This document shows positions 17,152 to 26,487 of a stretch of 63,451 nt of DNA, piece by piece. The position numbers and the translations under genes were made by a program. This stretch comes from an uncultured archaeon (lineage in GTDB: Archaea > Iainarchaeota > Iainarchaeia > Iainarchaeales > VGJJ01): contig CAYIIU010000003.1 of assembly GCA_964363635.1 (NCBI GenBank), positions 1-63,451 on the forward strand, given 5' to 3'. Below the pieces are notes generated by a model, which did no database searches, was not told the DNA's origin, and worked only from the letters and a program-made list of their open reading frames with translations. The stretch's first letter is position 1. Each line of letters opens with the position of its first letter.

Positions 17152-17246
17152 CCTCACTTTTTTCACGGCGGTGCGGGGAGAGTGGGGAAAAGATTAATGG
17201 TGTCAGCCAACAAAATGCTTAAATATTTCTATTGAATGCATGTGGA

Positions 17247-19262
17247 ATGAAAACTACTCACCATTTACTCAAACTAGTTAGTGTGACCGTTGTTTTGGTT
17301 GTTTTAGCCAGCGTCACACCCATTGCATTTGCCCAATTCGGATGGTATCAAGGAAACCCCGCTACAGGGCTCGTGACAGGAACCAGTGAAGACAATACGA
17401 TTAATCCCCCACAGGAAAGAGTTTCACCCCAAGATTATTTGGGGCCGGAACAGTCTATTCCGCAAGCACCCCAAGGATATGGACCGCAGCCCGGACCGAG
17501 GGAGAGTGGATACAACCAAGGACCGCCATCGTTTGATGATCGACAATTCTCTCAAATGTTTGGATTGCAATTACCCAGCGACCAGCGCGAACAACTCTCA
17601 TTTTCAGATTTTGGAGTCAGCGAAGATGATGCGATTAATGCTGCCATACGCGAACGCGTGTCGCGGTCCATCTTCGAAGATATTGATGAAGACGTATTAG
17701 CAGGATACGCTCCCAATTGTTTAAAAAACAACGAAAGTGAAATCGTAGAAGATATTATGTCCCGCATCGGAAGCAATGCGGACTTTTCCAAGGCATGCAC
17801 GAATGCGGAACGAATGGTCACGCGCGCCACGGAAGCATCAACTTTTTGCGACGAGCTTCCTAAATTATTTGAAAAAATGGGCCCCCAAGAAGGAGAATTC
17901 AAACTCACGTGCCCTCCGTCAAAGGAATCCATTATCCAGTTATGCGAAACGAAAGTAACAGAACAAGTCGAACGAGAAAAGGCACGATTCGAAAAAGATT
18001 CAAAGAAACGCTGCGAACAGCAAGCCAAGATGGGACAAAAATCCTGCGAGCGGGATGCTCAACAGCGGAAGCAGCAAGAAGAATGGCAAAACCAGCAATG
18101 GGAAAACCAGCAACAAAACTGGAACCAACCCAATCCGGGCGATGGGGGAAACAATAACTATCAACCACCCCCCGATGGAGGAAACAATACCAATTACCAA
18201 CCCCCACCCGATAATGGGGGCGGAGACCCGAATGCAGGAGAACCGGGCAGTGGAGAAGGAGGAGGAAGCCCCCCCACGGGAGGATTTACATACGGTGACC
18301 CGGGATTGGGAGGAGACCCGTATGCCACGCCGCAAGGAAACTACCCACAACCGTATCCCGAGCAACAAGGACCTAATGGATTTGAACAAGGAGGATTTGG
18401 ACCTTCGCAAGGACCCGAAGGATTTGGAGGAGGACCGGGCTTTGGGGGCGGCGGACCCGGATTTGGCGGACCGGGAGTGGATTTCATGGACTACTGTGAA
18501 GAAGGTTCCTTCAATGAAAGCGGATTCATCACTACTTGCGTAGAAGGAGATGCCGAACACAATCCGGTGTCCCAAATGCAGGAACAAAGCGCCGTCATGT
18601 GCGAAGTGCAATCACGCTTCATGATGAACGAATTTGAAAACGTGTGCGAACAAATGGAAGAAGGAAAAAATAATTGCGCCGAAAACGCCGAAAAAGCAGT
18701 AAAATTCGCTGAAAAACAACTCGCACAATGTAAAAAACAAACCAGCAACGACCAAATACGCGACCATGTCGCGCAACGCGTGAAACATATCTGTACGATA
18801 GACCGCGTCAAAGCAAAACTCAGACAAACATCCAAATTAGCCGAAGCCAAAGAATTAGAAGCCATCGATGAAATAGCCAAATTATCAGAATATTTCACCG
18901 ATGAAACAGGAGACGCGGTAACGGGAACGGTGACTGAAAAATTGGTCAACGTGGCCGAGGTCACCCAACAAACCGAAGAAAAAAATGACCGCGAAAAGAA
19001 GGACATGGTGTATGGAATAGGAAAGTTCTTTGGATTGAATGCAGGAAATGAAAAAGAAAAAGCCACTCGATTCAAAGAACAAGCCGAAGAACTGAGGAAG
19101 AGCGCCCAGCTCCTTGAAAAAGCGGGAAATGGAATCCAAAACTCGTCAGCGCAAAATGATTTAAGAAAACAAGTGGATGGATTAGAATCCCGCGCTGAAG
19201 AATTAGATGGGTCTGCCAACGAAATTGAAAGCACGGGAGGAGCATTCGGCGGACAAGTGTAA
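17247..19262 (+). CDS. secreted/surface protein with Q/N/G/P-rich low-complexity core and coiled-coil C-terminus
   Basis: Signal/anchor MKTTHHLLKLVSVTVVLVVLASV, Cys-containing helical modules on both sides of the NNNYQPPPDGG / GGPGFGG repeats, and a K/E-rich tail. The track start at 17232 is TTG. Confidence 0.65.
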   Translation: MKTTHHLLKLVSVTVVLVVLASVTPIAFAQFGWYQGNPATGLVTGTSEDNTINPPQERVSPQDYLGPEQSIPQAPQGYGPQPGPRESGYNQGPPSFDDRQFSQMFGLQLPSDQREQLSFSDFGVSEDDAINAAIRERVSRSIFEDIDEDVLAGYAPNCLKNNESEIVEDIMSRIGSNADFSKACTNAERMVTRATEASTFCDELPKLFEKMGPQEGEFKLTCPPSKESIIQLCETKVTEQVEREKARFEKDSKKRCEQQAKMGQKSCERDAQQRKQQEEWQNQQWENQQQNWNQPNPGDGGNNNYQPPPDGGNNTNYQPPPDNGGGDPNAGEPGSGEGGGSPPTGGFTYGDPGLGGDPYATPQGNYPQPYPEQQGPNGFEQGGFGPSQGPEGFGGGPGFGGGGPGFGGPGVDFMDYCEEGSFNESGFITTCVEGDAEHNPVSQMQEQSAVMCEVQSRFMMNEFENVCEQMEEGKNNCAENAEKAVKFAEKQLAQCKKQTSNDQIRDHVAQRVKHICTIDRVKAKLRQTSKLAEAKELEAIDEIAKLSEYFTDETGDAVTGTVTEKLVNVAEVTQQTEEKNDREKKDMVYGIGKFFGLNAGNEKEKATRFKEQAEELRKSAQLLEKAGNGIQNSSAQNDLRKQVDGLESRAEELDGSANEIESTGGAFGGQV

Positions 19263-19397
19263 AACTAGACAAAAACTATTTTTTCAAAAGGGGAGCAATC
19301 CCCTTTTCCCTTTCTTTTTCTCGGCGGTTTACCCTCCCCCCGCGAGTATATAACGAACCACACGCATGAGAATGTATCCCCCACGGAGGTGGAAGAT

Positions 19398-19601
19398 ATG
19401 AGCTTAGAAAACTGGATGAGTACACGAAAGATGATTTTGCTGTCGGAAAAGACCGAGAAACTGTTTGACCAGCTGACGCAAACCCCTAACTTCCATGGAA
19501 AACGAGCGGAATTGTATGACACATTGAGCAAAATGGCATTCATCAAACGCGGGTTCGTGGCCAGCGTGGTAGACAACTTTGGCGTTCCTATGATTGCGTA
19601 A
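19398..19601 (+). CDS. hypothetical small protein
   Basis: ATG at 19398 preceded by GGAGGTG (19385-19391) at SD-like spacing, with the TATA-like gagtatataac further upstream. Confidence 0.45.
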   Translation: MSLENWMSTRKMILLSEKTEKLFDQLTQTPNFHGKRAELYDTLSKMAFIKRGFVASVVDNFGVPMIA

Positions 19602-19728
19602 AATGTTTTTTCCAAGGCTTTTCCACAAAAAGGCCGAATTACACTTACAAAAGTTCACCCCTTTTGTCAGAATAACACATATCTCGGAGCGGGCGAAGGC
19701 TCACGCCCCTCCAACCCTCAAATTTTTG

Positions 19729-19818
19729 CAAACCAAGCAAACTAAACTTTTTAGGAAAAAAGTTTAATCAAAAATGCAGTAGGTTTGCTGGCATGATAAA
19801 CCACGGGTTTACCATGAA
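19729..19818. repeat. composite hairpin repeat, left copy (flanks pilin cluster 2)
   Basis: Modules are CAAACCAAGCAAA, the palindromic element, GTTTGCTGGCATG and ATAAACCACGGGTTTACCATGAA. Confidence 0.6.
19743..19774. repeat. inverted copy of the same palindromic element
   Basis: TAAACTTTTTAGGAAAAAAGTTTAATCAAAAA is the reverse-orientation copy. It sits inside the composite repeat upstream of the pilin cluster. Confidence 0.5.
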
Positions 19819-19944
19819 ATTTGATAAAACGCCTACATAAGGATTTGTGGGCAAACCCTCAACAGTAGTCTGCCGAACGACCAAATGGATAATTTGGGCA
19901 AAATTTCCCCTAGTTTTAAACCTTTTTCGGTCGCATGAGAAAGA

Positions 19945-20127
19945 ATGAATGGCTTTTTACGCGAAAAACGTGCACAGATTTCAATCGAACTCATTATCGT
20001 GATGGCAGCCGTGGTCGCAGTCGTATTACTGCTCGTGACGCAGCTGCAGGATTCGAGCGAAAAGGGAATCAACAAACTCTCCAAGAAAACAAAAGACGTG
20101 TTCGACCAAATCGATGCCATTGATTAG
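19945..20127 (+). CDS. small archaeal type IV pilin (class III signal peptide)
   Basis: MNGFLREKRAQISIELIIVMAAVVAVVLLLV has a basic-Ala/Gly-Gln cleavage context followed by a hydrophobic helix. Length is 60 aa. Confidence 0.75.
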   Translation: MNGFLREKRAQISIELIIVMAAVVAVVLLLVTQLQDSSEKGINKLSKKTKDVFDQIDAID

Positions 20128-20128
20128 C

Positions 20129-20560
20129 ATGCCAAAAATAATCAAACGAAAAAAGAAAAATAATGAAAATGCAGGCCAAGTGTCTGTTGAAGCATTATTG
20201 CTTTGGGCCGCACTTGCAGGAATGCTCGCACTTTTTACACCAGCATTCGCGCACGCGATGGATGCATACACGCTTCTAGCACGCACAAACCAGTATACTG
20301 CGTTTTCAGATGAACTGGAGAAAAATATGGAGTGGCTATCCTTCTCCGCGCCCGGAAGCCAAGTGCAAATGCGCGTTCCCGACATAGAGGGAATGGAAAT
20401 AACCATTTTGGTGGATGAAATTGACATCGAATTCGATGACGATTCGTTTTCACACACGAAAACAAGGACCATTGCCTCACCAATTCCCATCGAGGGGGAA
20501 ATTATCTTGGGAGAAACAATCACATTGCTTCGCGAAGAAGATAAAATCACCATTCGATGA
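20129..20560 (+). CDS. pilin-like protein (class III signal peptide)
   Basis: MPKIIKRKKKNNENAGQVSVEALLLWAALAGMLALF. The ATG at 20129 lies directly after the upstream stop (20125-20127). Confidence 0.65.
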   Translation: MPKIIKRKKKNNENAGQVSVEALLLWAALAGMLALFTPAFAHAMDAYTLLARTNQYTAFSDELEKNMEWLSFSAPGSQVQMRVPDIEGMEITILVDEIDIEFDDDSFSHTKTRTIASPIPIEGEIILGETITLLREEDKITIR

Positions 20561-20867
20561 GAATGTATTGGCTTTCCAACGTTCCATTATGCATGCGCTG
20601 GGCAAAGCAAGCCACCGAATGCATTTTTTGTGGAAAAATAGGAATAGTGGAGAATGAAACCACGGAAGATGGAAGAATTTCATGCGCGACGGAGGGCAAA
20701 TTGCCTTCTCCCAGCAGCCAAACACCCAGTAAATCGCTGCACGCGACTTCGGGAAGCAAGGATGTGGAATTATTCGCTGTGGGAAACGAATGTGAAACAA
20801 AATAAAAACTGGAAAAAAGCAAAAGGGCAATAATCAATTCAAATAAAAGAAAAAATCCTTTACGCAC
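20547..20867 (-). CDS. pilin-like protein
   Basis: The N-terminus MRKGFFLLFELIIALLLFSSF is prepilin-like. GTG start overlapping the upstream stop. Confidence 0.55.
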   Translation of the reverse strand: MRKGFFLLFELIIALLLFSSFYFVSHSFPTANNSTSLLPEVACSDLLGVWLLGEGNLPSVAHEILPSSVVSFSTIPIFPQKMHSVACFAQRMHNGTLESQYILIEW

Positions 20868-21312
20868 AGGAAATCACATCCAAAAAAACGGATTCCATTG
20901 CAGAAGAAAGAAATATGGGACGGCGGACACTCGCACATGTTTCATTTTCATCCACCGCACGAGAAAAATAATTGACATCAAATGAAATATGATGAAGTGA
21001 AACACGTGCAATAAGGGTTGAAGGAGCGCCTGCCGATGAAAGATTCTGCAAACACGATTCGCTCAACACGTATGAACGTACGCGCTGGAGTGCATCATCA
21101 AAAACCGCACAACCTTTCCAAGGTTGCGTGTGATGCGTTAAAATGAGTGCGTCGCTCAACGCGATGCTTGTTTCCAGCGCGCGGGATTTTTTCCATTCCC
21201 CAAGTTGTGCGTTCACATGTTGAGCGGAGTCGGACCAAACGACGCTCAACACGAGCATCCACGCGAGGAAAAGAAGGAAGGCCTCGACGCCCAACAAATG
21301 GCCCCTACCCAT
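20860..21312 (-). CDS. pilin-like protein
   Basis: The N-terminus is MGRGHLLGVEAFLLFLAWMLVLSVV. Confidence 0.55.
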   Translation of the reverse strand: MGRGHLLGVEAFLLFLAWMLVLSVVWSDSAQHVNAQLGEWKKSRALETSIALSDALILTHHTQPWKGCAVFDDALQRVRSYVLSESCLQNLSSAGAPSTLIARVSLHHISFDVNYFSRAVDENETCASVRRPIFLSSAMESVFLDVISCA

Positions 21313-21583
21313 AGTGATTGGAATCCCCTCCTAAAACAAGCAGAAAAGAAGAATGGGGCTGGTTTAACGCATAAGCGTAGTCGAGGCAGTCCCGTGAAGA
21401 GGCAAGAACAAAATGGTTCACGGCCGCATCCGCGAGGGAGCTGCACCGCAATGCTGACCATTTTTCCAGTAAAACTTTTTGGGCGTTTTCGGATGCGAGG
21501 CGATGGTCATCGATGACAGTGGCAAAAAATGCCAGCACTCCGAGCAGCGCGGAGAAAATTAAAATAAATTCAAGTGTTTGCAT
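21305..21583 (-). CDS. pilin-like protein (short)
   Basis: The internal ATG at 21583 gives MQTLEFILIFSALLGVLAFFATV. The upstream part of the track ORF overlaps the preceding gene. Confidence 0.45.
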   Translation of the reverse strand: MQTLEFILIFSALLGVLAFFATVIDDHRLASENAQKVLLEKWSALRCSSLADAAVNHFVLASSRDCLDYAYALNQPHSSFLLVLGGDSNHYG

Positions 21584-22157
21584 GCAAAATTTCTCCAGCG
21601 CAGGGCCAATCTTTTTGGAAAGTGGTGGTGCAGATGCGATAACCAATAGGAAGAGCGAATAATGTGTTAGCATCGCGCGAACGGATGCGCATGTGGAGAA
21701 CATTCGTACCAAACAATCCGCCGGTGTAGGAATATTCGCCGTAGCGTTCAACCTGCGAAACAGGAAGAACTAAAACGTGCGACGCGGAATGAAATGAAAG
21801 CAAATTGGCAGGAGTTTGCGGAGAAAAAAAGAGCGAAAGATAATTGGTTTGTGCGAGTACGGAAAAACCTGTTTCATAATGGAATGAATCATCGTGCGCG
21901 ACTTCAACACTGGACAAATAATCCAGCACGCGCTGGTTGATATTCACCTTAATGGTTTCCGGAGGAAGATTGGCGAGCAAACCTGCATGCAATTCGCCGC
22001 GAATAATGGCATCAACGTTTGTTTCCATCTCGAAGCGGCGGAAGGAGAGGTGGCGAATAACAGCGTCATCAAATGCAGGGACGGGCCAAGAGGAGGATAG
22101 TGCAATAATGGGAGCGAGGAGAAGAAAGAAGAAGAATGAAACGAAGCCTTTAGACAT
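21570..22157 (-). CDS. pilin-like protein
   Basis: The ATG at 22157 gives MSKGFVSFFFFLLLAPIIAL. The track start at 22178 is TTG. Confidence 0.55.
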   Translation of the reverse strand: MSKGFVSFFFFLLLAPIIALSSSWPVPAFDDAVIRHLSFRRFEMETNVDAIIRGELHAGLLANLPPETIKVNINQRVLDYLSSVEVAHDDSFHYETGFSVLAQTNYLSLFFSPQTPANLLSFHSASHVLVLPVSQVERYGEYSYTGGLFGTNVLHMRIRSRDANTLFALPIGYRICTTTFQKDWPCAGEILHANT

Positions 22158-22408
22158 AAAGGGTTGGGTGAGGGGCAATAACTAAAAACATAGGGAAAAT
22201 TTTGCCCCAATTCCATGCCCGATTCCATACGGGGCCGGAAGTCGCCGGCCGCGCGACCTCTTTTTCGCGAACCTTTTCCTAAAAGGCTCGGGCACTCGGA
22301 TTTTCGCCAACCTTTGCTTGCAAAGGTTGAGGGCCACTCGGAGGTAGGGCCCCTGCTTCGCAGGAGCCCAGACGAACGCATAATAAGGCTTTTTGACGTT
22401 TAACACGT

Positions 22409-22990
22409 ATGAGCCTCGAAAATCAAGAGCTGACGGACCTGCTGATCAGCTGGATTTCGCTCTCCGCCGCATTCGCATTCGTATTCTCGGACGGCGGGTT
22501 AAGCGTGACTAGTTTTGGAAACGCCCTCGCCATTGCCGCACTGGCCGTTGGAACCGGATTCCTACTCCACGAATTGGCGCACAAATATGCGGCGATTCAC
22601 TTCGGAGCGAAGGCAGAGTATCGCGCGTGGAATTTGGGGCTCGTCATTGCATTGGCATTTGCTATTTTCGGAGGATTTATTTTCGCCGCGCCGGGAGCCG
22701 TGTATATTTTCGGGAAACGTGTAACGGATGAGGAAAACGGGATTATTTCGGTGGCAGGACCGGCGATGAATATTGTTATTGGAATTATCTCATTTTTAAT
22801 CGCGGGAGCATATGGGCAGGCATCACAAATAGGAAATGTGGCTAGCGTGGTTGGGAGCATCAACCTCTATTTGGCGATGTTTAATTTGCTCCCGTTTTTT
22901 GTGCTGGACGGAGCCAAAGTATTTGCGTGGAACAAAATCGTGTGGGGAATACTATTTTTCCCGCTGGTTTTTTTCATTTTCTTTTTGTGA
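22409..22990 (+). CDS. site-2-protease-family (M50) zinc metalloprotease
   Basis: LLHELAHKYAA (HExxH) in a TM helix and NLLPFFVLDG (the NxxPxxxLDG motif). Confidence 0.85.
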   Translation: MSLENQELTDLLISWISLSAAFAFVFSDGGLSVTSFGNALAIAALAVGTGFLLHELAHKYAAIHFGAKAEYRAWNLGLVIALAFAIFGGFIFAAPGAVYIFGKRVTDEENGIISVAGPAMNIVIGIISFLIAGAYGQASQIGNVASVVGSINLYLAMFNLLPFFVLDGAKVFAWNKIVWGILFFPLVFFIFFL

Positions 22991-23008
22991 AACAGAAAAA
23001 AGCGCCGC

Positions 23009-23039
23009 TTTTTGATTAAACTTTTTCCCAAAAGTTTTA
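23009..23039. terminator. palindromic oligo-T terminator copy between convergent M50 and cdc48
   Basis: TTTTTGATTAAACTTTTTCCCAAAAGTTTTA. A half-copy, TTTTCAAAAAAGTTTA (23111-23126), ends in the cdc48 stop codon. Confidence 0.5.
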
Positions 23040-23114
23040 ATTAATATTCTTTGATTGAACTTCATTGTAAACCGAAAGGTTTACGATGCCAGCAAACATC
23101 ATTTGCTTGGTTTT
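23009..23114. repeat. composite hairpin repeat, right copy in inverted orientation
   Basis: The reverse complement contains AAACCAAGCAAAT, GTTTGCTGGCATC, GTAAACCTTTCGGTTTACAATGAA and the palindromic element. Confidence 0.6.
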
Positions 23115-23123
23115 CAAAAAAGT

Positions 23124-25577
23124 TTAGCGCACGTAGTTCGGCTTGAACCCTTCGGGGGATTTTGATTTCTTGTAATCCGCATACGCCTCTACGGCTTCGG
23201 TCGGAACGGATGCGTTCATCTTATTTAGAACCATTTCAAAGTTTTCTTTAGTAACTTGGACTTTGATTTGGGATAGTTTCGTCCTGACGTGAGCGATTAA
23301 ATCATTGATCTTTGAAATTTTCAGTGCGGGCGCCCCTCCGGCTACACTGGCGAGAATCATTTCCCGAACAGCATCATCTTGGATGTTGTCGGATATCTGC
23401 ATCGTCGAATTCGCCAAGTCGCGGATTCTTTTTGAATCAGGATCGGTGTCGATCAATTTGGCCATTTCCGAAAGGTTCGTTGCCACATCCTCTAAAATCA
23501 TTTTTTCCTGAATGACAATCAGCCCTGCCTCGCGGGTAAGGTTCGCTAAATCGGCCCCGGAGAAACCCGTTGTTCTTTTGGCCAGTTCACGCACGGAAAC
23601 GGATTTATGGATGGGCATCCCACGCAAGTGAATGGCAAGAATTGCCTCTCTCCCTTTTTCATCGGGGGATTTGACCAGAATCTCCTTGTCAAAGCGCCCC
23701 GGCCTCTTGAGAGCGGGGTCGATTAGATCTGGACGATTCGTCGCGGCGATGACGACGACATTTTTCAACGGCTGTATCCCGTCCAATTCGGTGAGCAGCT
23801 GGTTGACGATTTTTTCGCTGGTGCCCGTGCTGTCGAGGCCGGAACCCCTTTCATGAGCGATGGCATCGAATTCATCAAAGAAAATGATGCAGGGAGAGAC
23901 TTGTCTGGCTTTTTTGAATATTTGCCGAATTCCTTTTTCCGTTTCGCCGACCCATTTATTCACTAATTCGGGGCCGCGGACCGAGATAAAATTAGCACCC
24001 GTCTCGGTTGCTACTGCTTTTGCCAGAAGCGTCTTTCCGTTTCCGGGGGGACCGTATAATAGGACGCCCGTCGGCGGACGAATCCCCACTTCGGTGTATC
24101 TTTCAGGGTATTTCAACGGCCACTCCACCACCTGTTTCAGCTCTGCCTTGACATCCTCCTGCGCCCCAACATCCGTCCAATTGACGTCGGGAATCTCCAC
24201 CGCCACTTCGCGCAGCGCCGAAGGTTGGACTTCTTTCAATGCGTCTTCAAAATCCTTGTGCTGCACTTCCATCTTTTCTAAAACATTTTCAGGAATCTGC
24301 TCGTCTTCCAAATTAATTTCTGGCAAATACCTGCGCAGCGCTTTCATCGCCGATTCTTTGGCGAGTGCAGTGAGGTCAGCTCCCACAAAACCATGGGTGA
24401 TGCCGGCAAAATAATCCAAATTCATGTCTTTAGCGAATGGCATCCCCCTTGTATGAATCTGCAGAATTTCTTTCCGGCCTTCCTTATCCGGAATACCAAT
24501 CTCAATCTCGCGATCGAAACGACCCGGCCGGCGCAAGGCTTCGTCTAAACTATTCACACGGTTCGTGGCCGCGATTACGATGACATTCCCCCGCGACTCC
24601 ATCCCATCCATAAGCGATAAAAGCTGCGCGACGACACGGCGCTCGACTTCACCCACCACTTCCTCCCGTTTAGGTGCAATCGCGTCGATTTCATCGATGA
24701 AAATAATCGAAGGAGCATTGTCTTCTGCCTCCTTGAAAATTTGGCGCACGCGCTCTTCGGCTTCCCCGACAAATTTGCTCATGATGGCCGGAGCTGAGAC
24801 GGAAATAAAATGCGTCTGCGTCTCATTCGCCACGGCTTTGGCCAGAAGCGTCTTTCCCGTGCCGGGGGGACCGTGCAACAACACACCCTTGGGAGGTTCG
24901 ATTCCCAGTTTGCGGAACAACTCGGGGTGGCGCATGGGGAGCTCGATCAGTTCACGCACTTTGTTGACTTGGCCTTTCAATCCACCCACATCATCATAGG
25001 ATTTTCTGGCCACCGTTTCCAATTCTCCCTTGATGGGTTCATCCTTCAACACAAACTGCGTGAAGTCGGTAATCTTGACGATACCCCGAGGGTTGGTTTC
25101 AATGACGCGGTAAATGAAACCCGATCCGAAGACGGTGATCCACACGTTGTCTCCGCGTGAAAGGGGGCGGCCGATAAATGTCTTTTTGAGAATACGCTCG
25201 TACCCGGAGGCGATGATGTGGACATCCTGCGTGGGAGCGAGCACTACTTTTTGGGCCTCTTTGAATTGCGCCGGGCGGACAATGACCTTTTCTCCGAGAT
25301 TCACTCCCGCGTTGTGGCGAATAAGATTGTCCATGCGGACCATGTCCTTCCCCTCATCTTCCGTGCGGGCGGGCCACACGATGGCGGCCGTTTTTTTGGT
25401 GCCTTCAATCTCCACAATGTCCCCGCTCGTGATTCCCAACACTTGCTTGGATTTCCGGTCCAGCGTGACGATGTTTCTTCCTACATGCGTGGGGGAAGGC
25501 TCCTGCACCTTCAACGTGACGGCACGCTTGTCCGGAACGGGGGGAGCATTGATTAATGGATTGGGAAAATTGGACAT
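23124..25577 (-). CDS. cdc48: Cdc48/VCP-like AAA+ ATPase (two AAA domains)
   Basis: Double-psi barrel N-domain, [17 protein letters not shown] and [17 protein letters not shown] Walker A motifs, and two DExx Walker B motifs. It carries an extra C-terminal extension of about 90 aa. Confidence 0.95.
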   Translation of the reverse strand: MSNFPNPLINAPPVPDKRAVTLKVQEPSPTHVGRNIVTLDRKSKQVLGITSGDIVEIEGTKKTAAIVWPARTEDEGKDMVRMDNLIRHNAGVNLGEKVIVRPAQFKEAQKVVLAPTQDVHIIASGYERILKKTFIGRPLSRGDNVWITVFGSGFIYRVIETNPRGIVKITDFTQFVLKDEPIKGELETVARKSYDDVGGLKGQVNKVRELIELPMRHPELFRKLGIEPPKGVLLHGPPGTGKTLLAKAVANETQTHFISVSAPAIMSKFVGEAEERVRQIFKEAEDNAPSIIFIDEIDAIAPKREEVVGEVERRVVAQLLSLMDGMESRGNVIVIAATNRVNSLDEALRRPGRFDREIEIGIPDKEGRKEILQIHTRGMPFAKDMNLDYFAGITHGFVGADLTALAKESAMKALRRYLPEINLEDEQIPENVLEKMEVQHKDFEDALKEVQPSALREVAVEIPDVNWTDVGAQEDVKAELKQVVEWPLKYPERYTEVGIRPPTGVLLYGPPGNGKTLLAKAVATETGANFISVRGPELVNKWVGETEKGIRQIFKKARQVSPCIIFFDEFDAIAHERGSGLDSTGTSEKIVNQLLTELDGIQPLKNVVVIAATNRPDLIDPALKRPGRFDKEILVKSPDEKGREAILAIHLRGMPIHKSVSVRELAKRTTGFSGADLANLTREAGLIVIQEKMILEDVATNLSEMAKLIDTDPDSKRIRDLANSTMQISDNIQDDAVREMILASVAGGAPALKISKINDLIAHVRTKLSQIKVQVTKENFEMVLNKMNASVPTEAVEAYADYKKSKSPEGFKPNYVR

Positions 25578-25668
25578 CTAATACCTATACGCCATTGGGG
25601 GTTTTTAATCCCTCCAAATGAGGGGCTACATTAATGGAACCTTTTTTCTAAAAAGGTCATCAAAAAAT

Positions 25669-26484
25669 TTATTTTTTAGTTGAAATGGGGTGAGTGGTGA
25701 ACTCTCCCGGCGGAAGGGCAGCGACTAATTCGTCGAGTGGAATGGAAACGGGCGGAGATTGCTTCTCCAACCATTTTTGATAGGATTTTGCCACATCCGT
25801 TTTGGTTTTTTCTCCCGCAGACAATTCAGACACATGCTGCGCGAGGGCTTTGACGCACGCAAGGGGGCCGCAGAGCACGCGAAAACCATCCTTGGTTTCC
25901 TGCACGCCCCAACCCATCTTGAAATCGGGGTCGAACCATTTTCGTTCTCCATGAATGATGAATGCCCCGCGGCCCAAACTTTCTCCCGAAGGGGCTTTCT
26001 TGGAAACTTGAGAAGGTTTCACCGCATACACGCGAACGCTCAACAAACCTTTTTTCCACACCGAAGAAAATAATCCCGCGAATGATGCGGCATCGTCAAA
26101 ATCTTCCTTGGAGGGTTTCTTTTTATCACATTTCAAAATACAATGAGGTGCGCCGTGAACATCCGCGTGAAAATACCAATCATTGTCTTCCATGTGACGC
26201 TTAACGAGTGCCTCATTGGAGTGCGCATCGCGCCCGCCCACGATCAACAAACCATTCCGCGTGCAGCACCAGCGGAATTTTTCAAACCACTCTTTGGAGC
26301 GGCGCTTCTCGGGGGCTTTCTTATCCGCAATATCTGTTTTCTTCGCGAGCACGGCGAGCTTGTTTTCCACTTCACGCATGCCCGCTTCGGCCCCTTTCAT
26401 TTTGTGGCGCAAACGCTTGGCTTCATCAAAAAAAGATTGGGAATTTTCCTGCGCGGACTTGCGAATGTTGAGGACGAGCTTCAT
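25669..26484 (-). CDS. NFACT-R/DUF814-type protein (C-terminal half of an Rqc2/NEMF/FbpA-like factor)
   Basis: Coiled-coil N-part, then WFEKFRWCCTRNGLLIVGGRDAHSNEALVKRH...WYFHADVHGAPHCILK, the DUF814 core. No NFACT-N domain is encoded upstream. Confidence 0.7.
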   Translation of the reverse strand: MKLVLNIRKSAQENSQSFFDEAKRLRHKMKGAEAGMREVENKLAVLAKKTDIADKKAPEKRRSKEWFEKFRWCCTRNGLLIVGGRDAHSNEALVKRHMEDNDWYFHADVHGAPHCILKCDKKKPSKEDFDDAASFAGLFSSVWKKGLLSVRVYAVKPSQVSKKAPSGESLGRGAFIIHGERKWFDPDFKMGWGVQETKDGFRVLCGPLACVKALAQHVSELSAGEKTKTDVAKSYQKWLEKQSPPVSIPLDELVAALPPGEFTTHPISTKK

Positions 26485-26487
26485 ACA

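Noticed and set aside
22179-22408. I considered whether the hairpin-rich spacers (also 19602-19944 and 42137-42423) hold SRP RNA, RNase P RNA or C/D-box sRNA genes.
   Set aside because: I could not find the conserved strings I know, such as the RNase P GAGGAAAGUCC-type CR-I or paired C (RUGAUGA) and D (CUGA) boxes at proper spacing. This remains unresolved without covariance-model scans.
23124-23135. Possible C-terminal HbYX proteasome-docking motif on Cdc48.
   Set aside because: The protein ends ...PNYVR, so the Tyr is third from the end, not penultimate. It does not fit HbYX.
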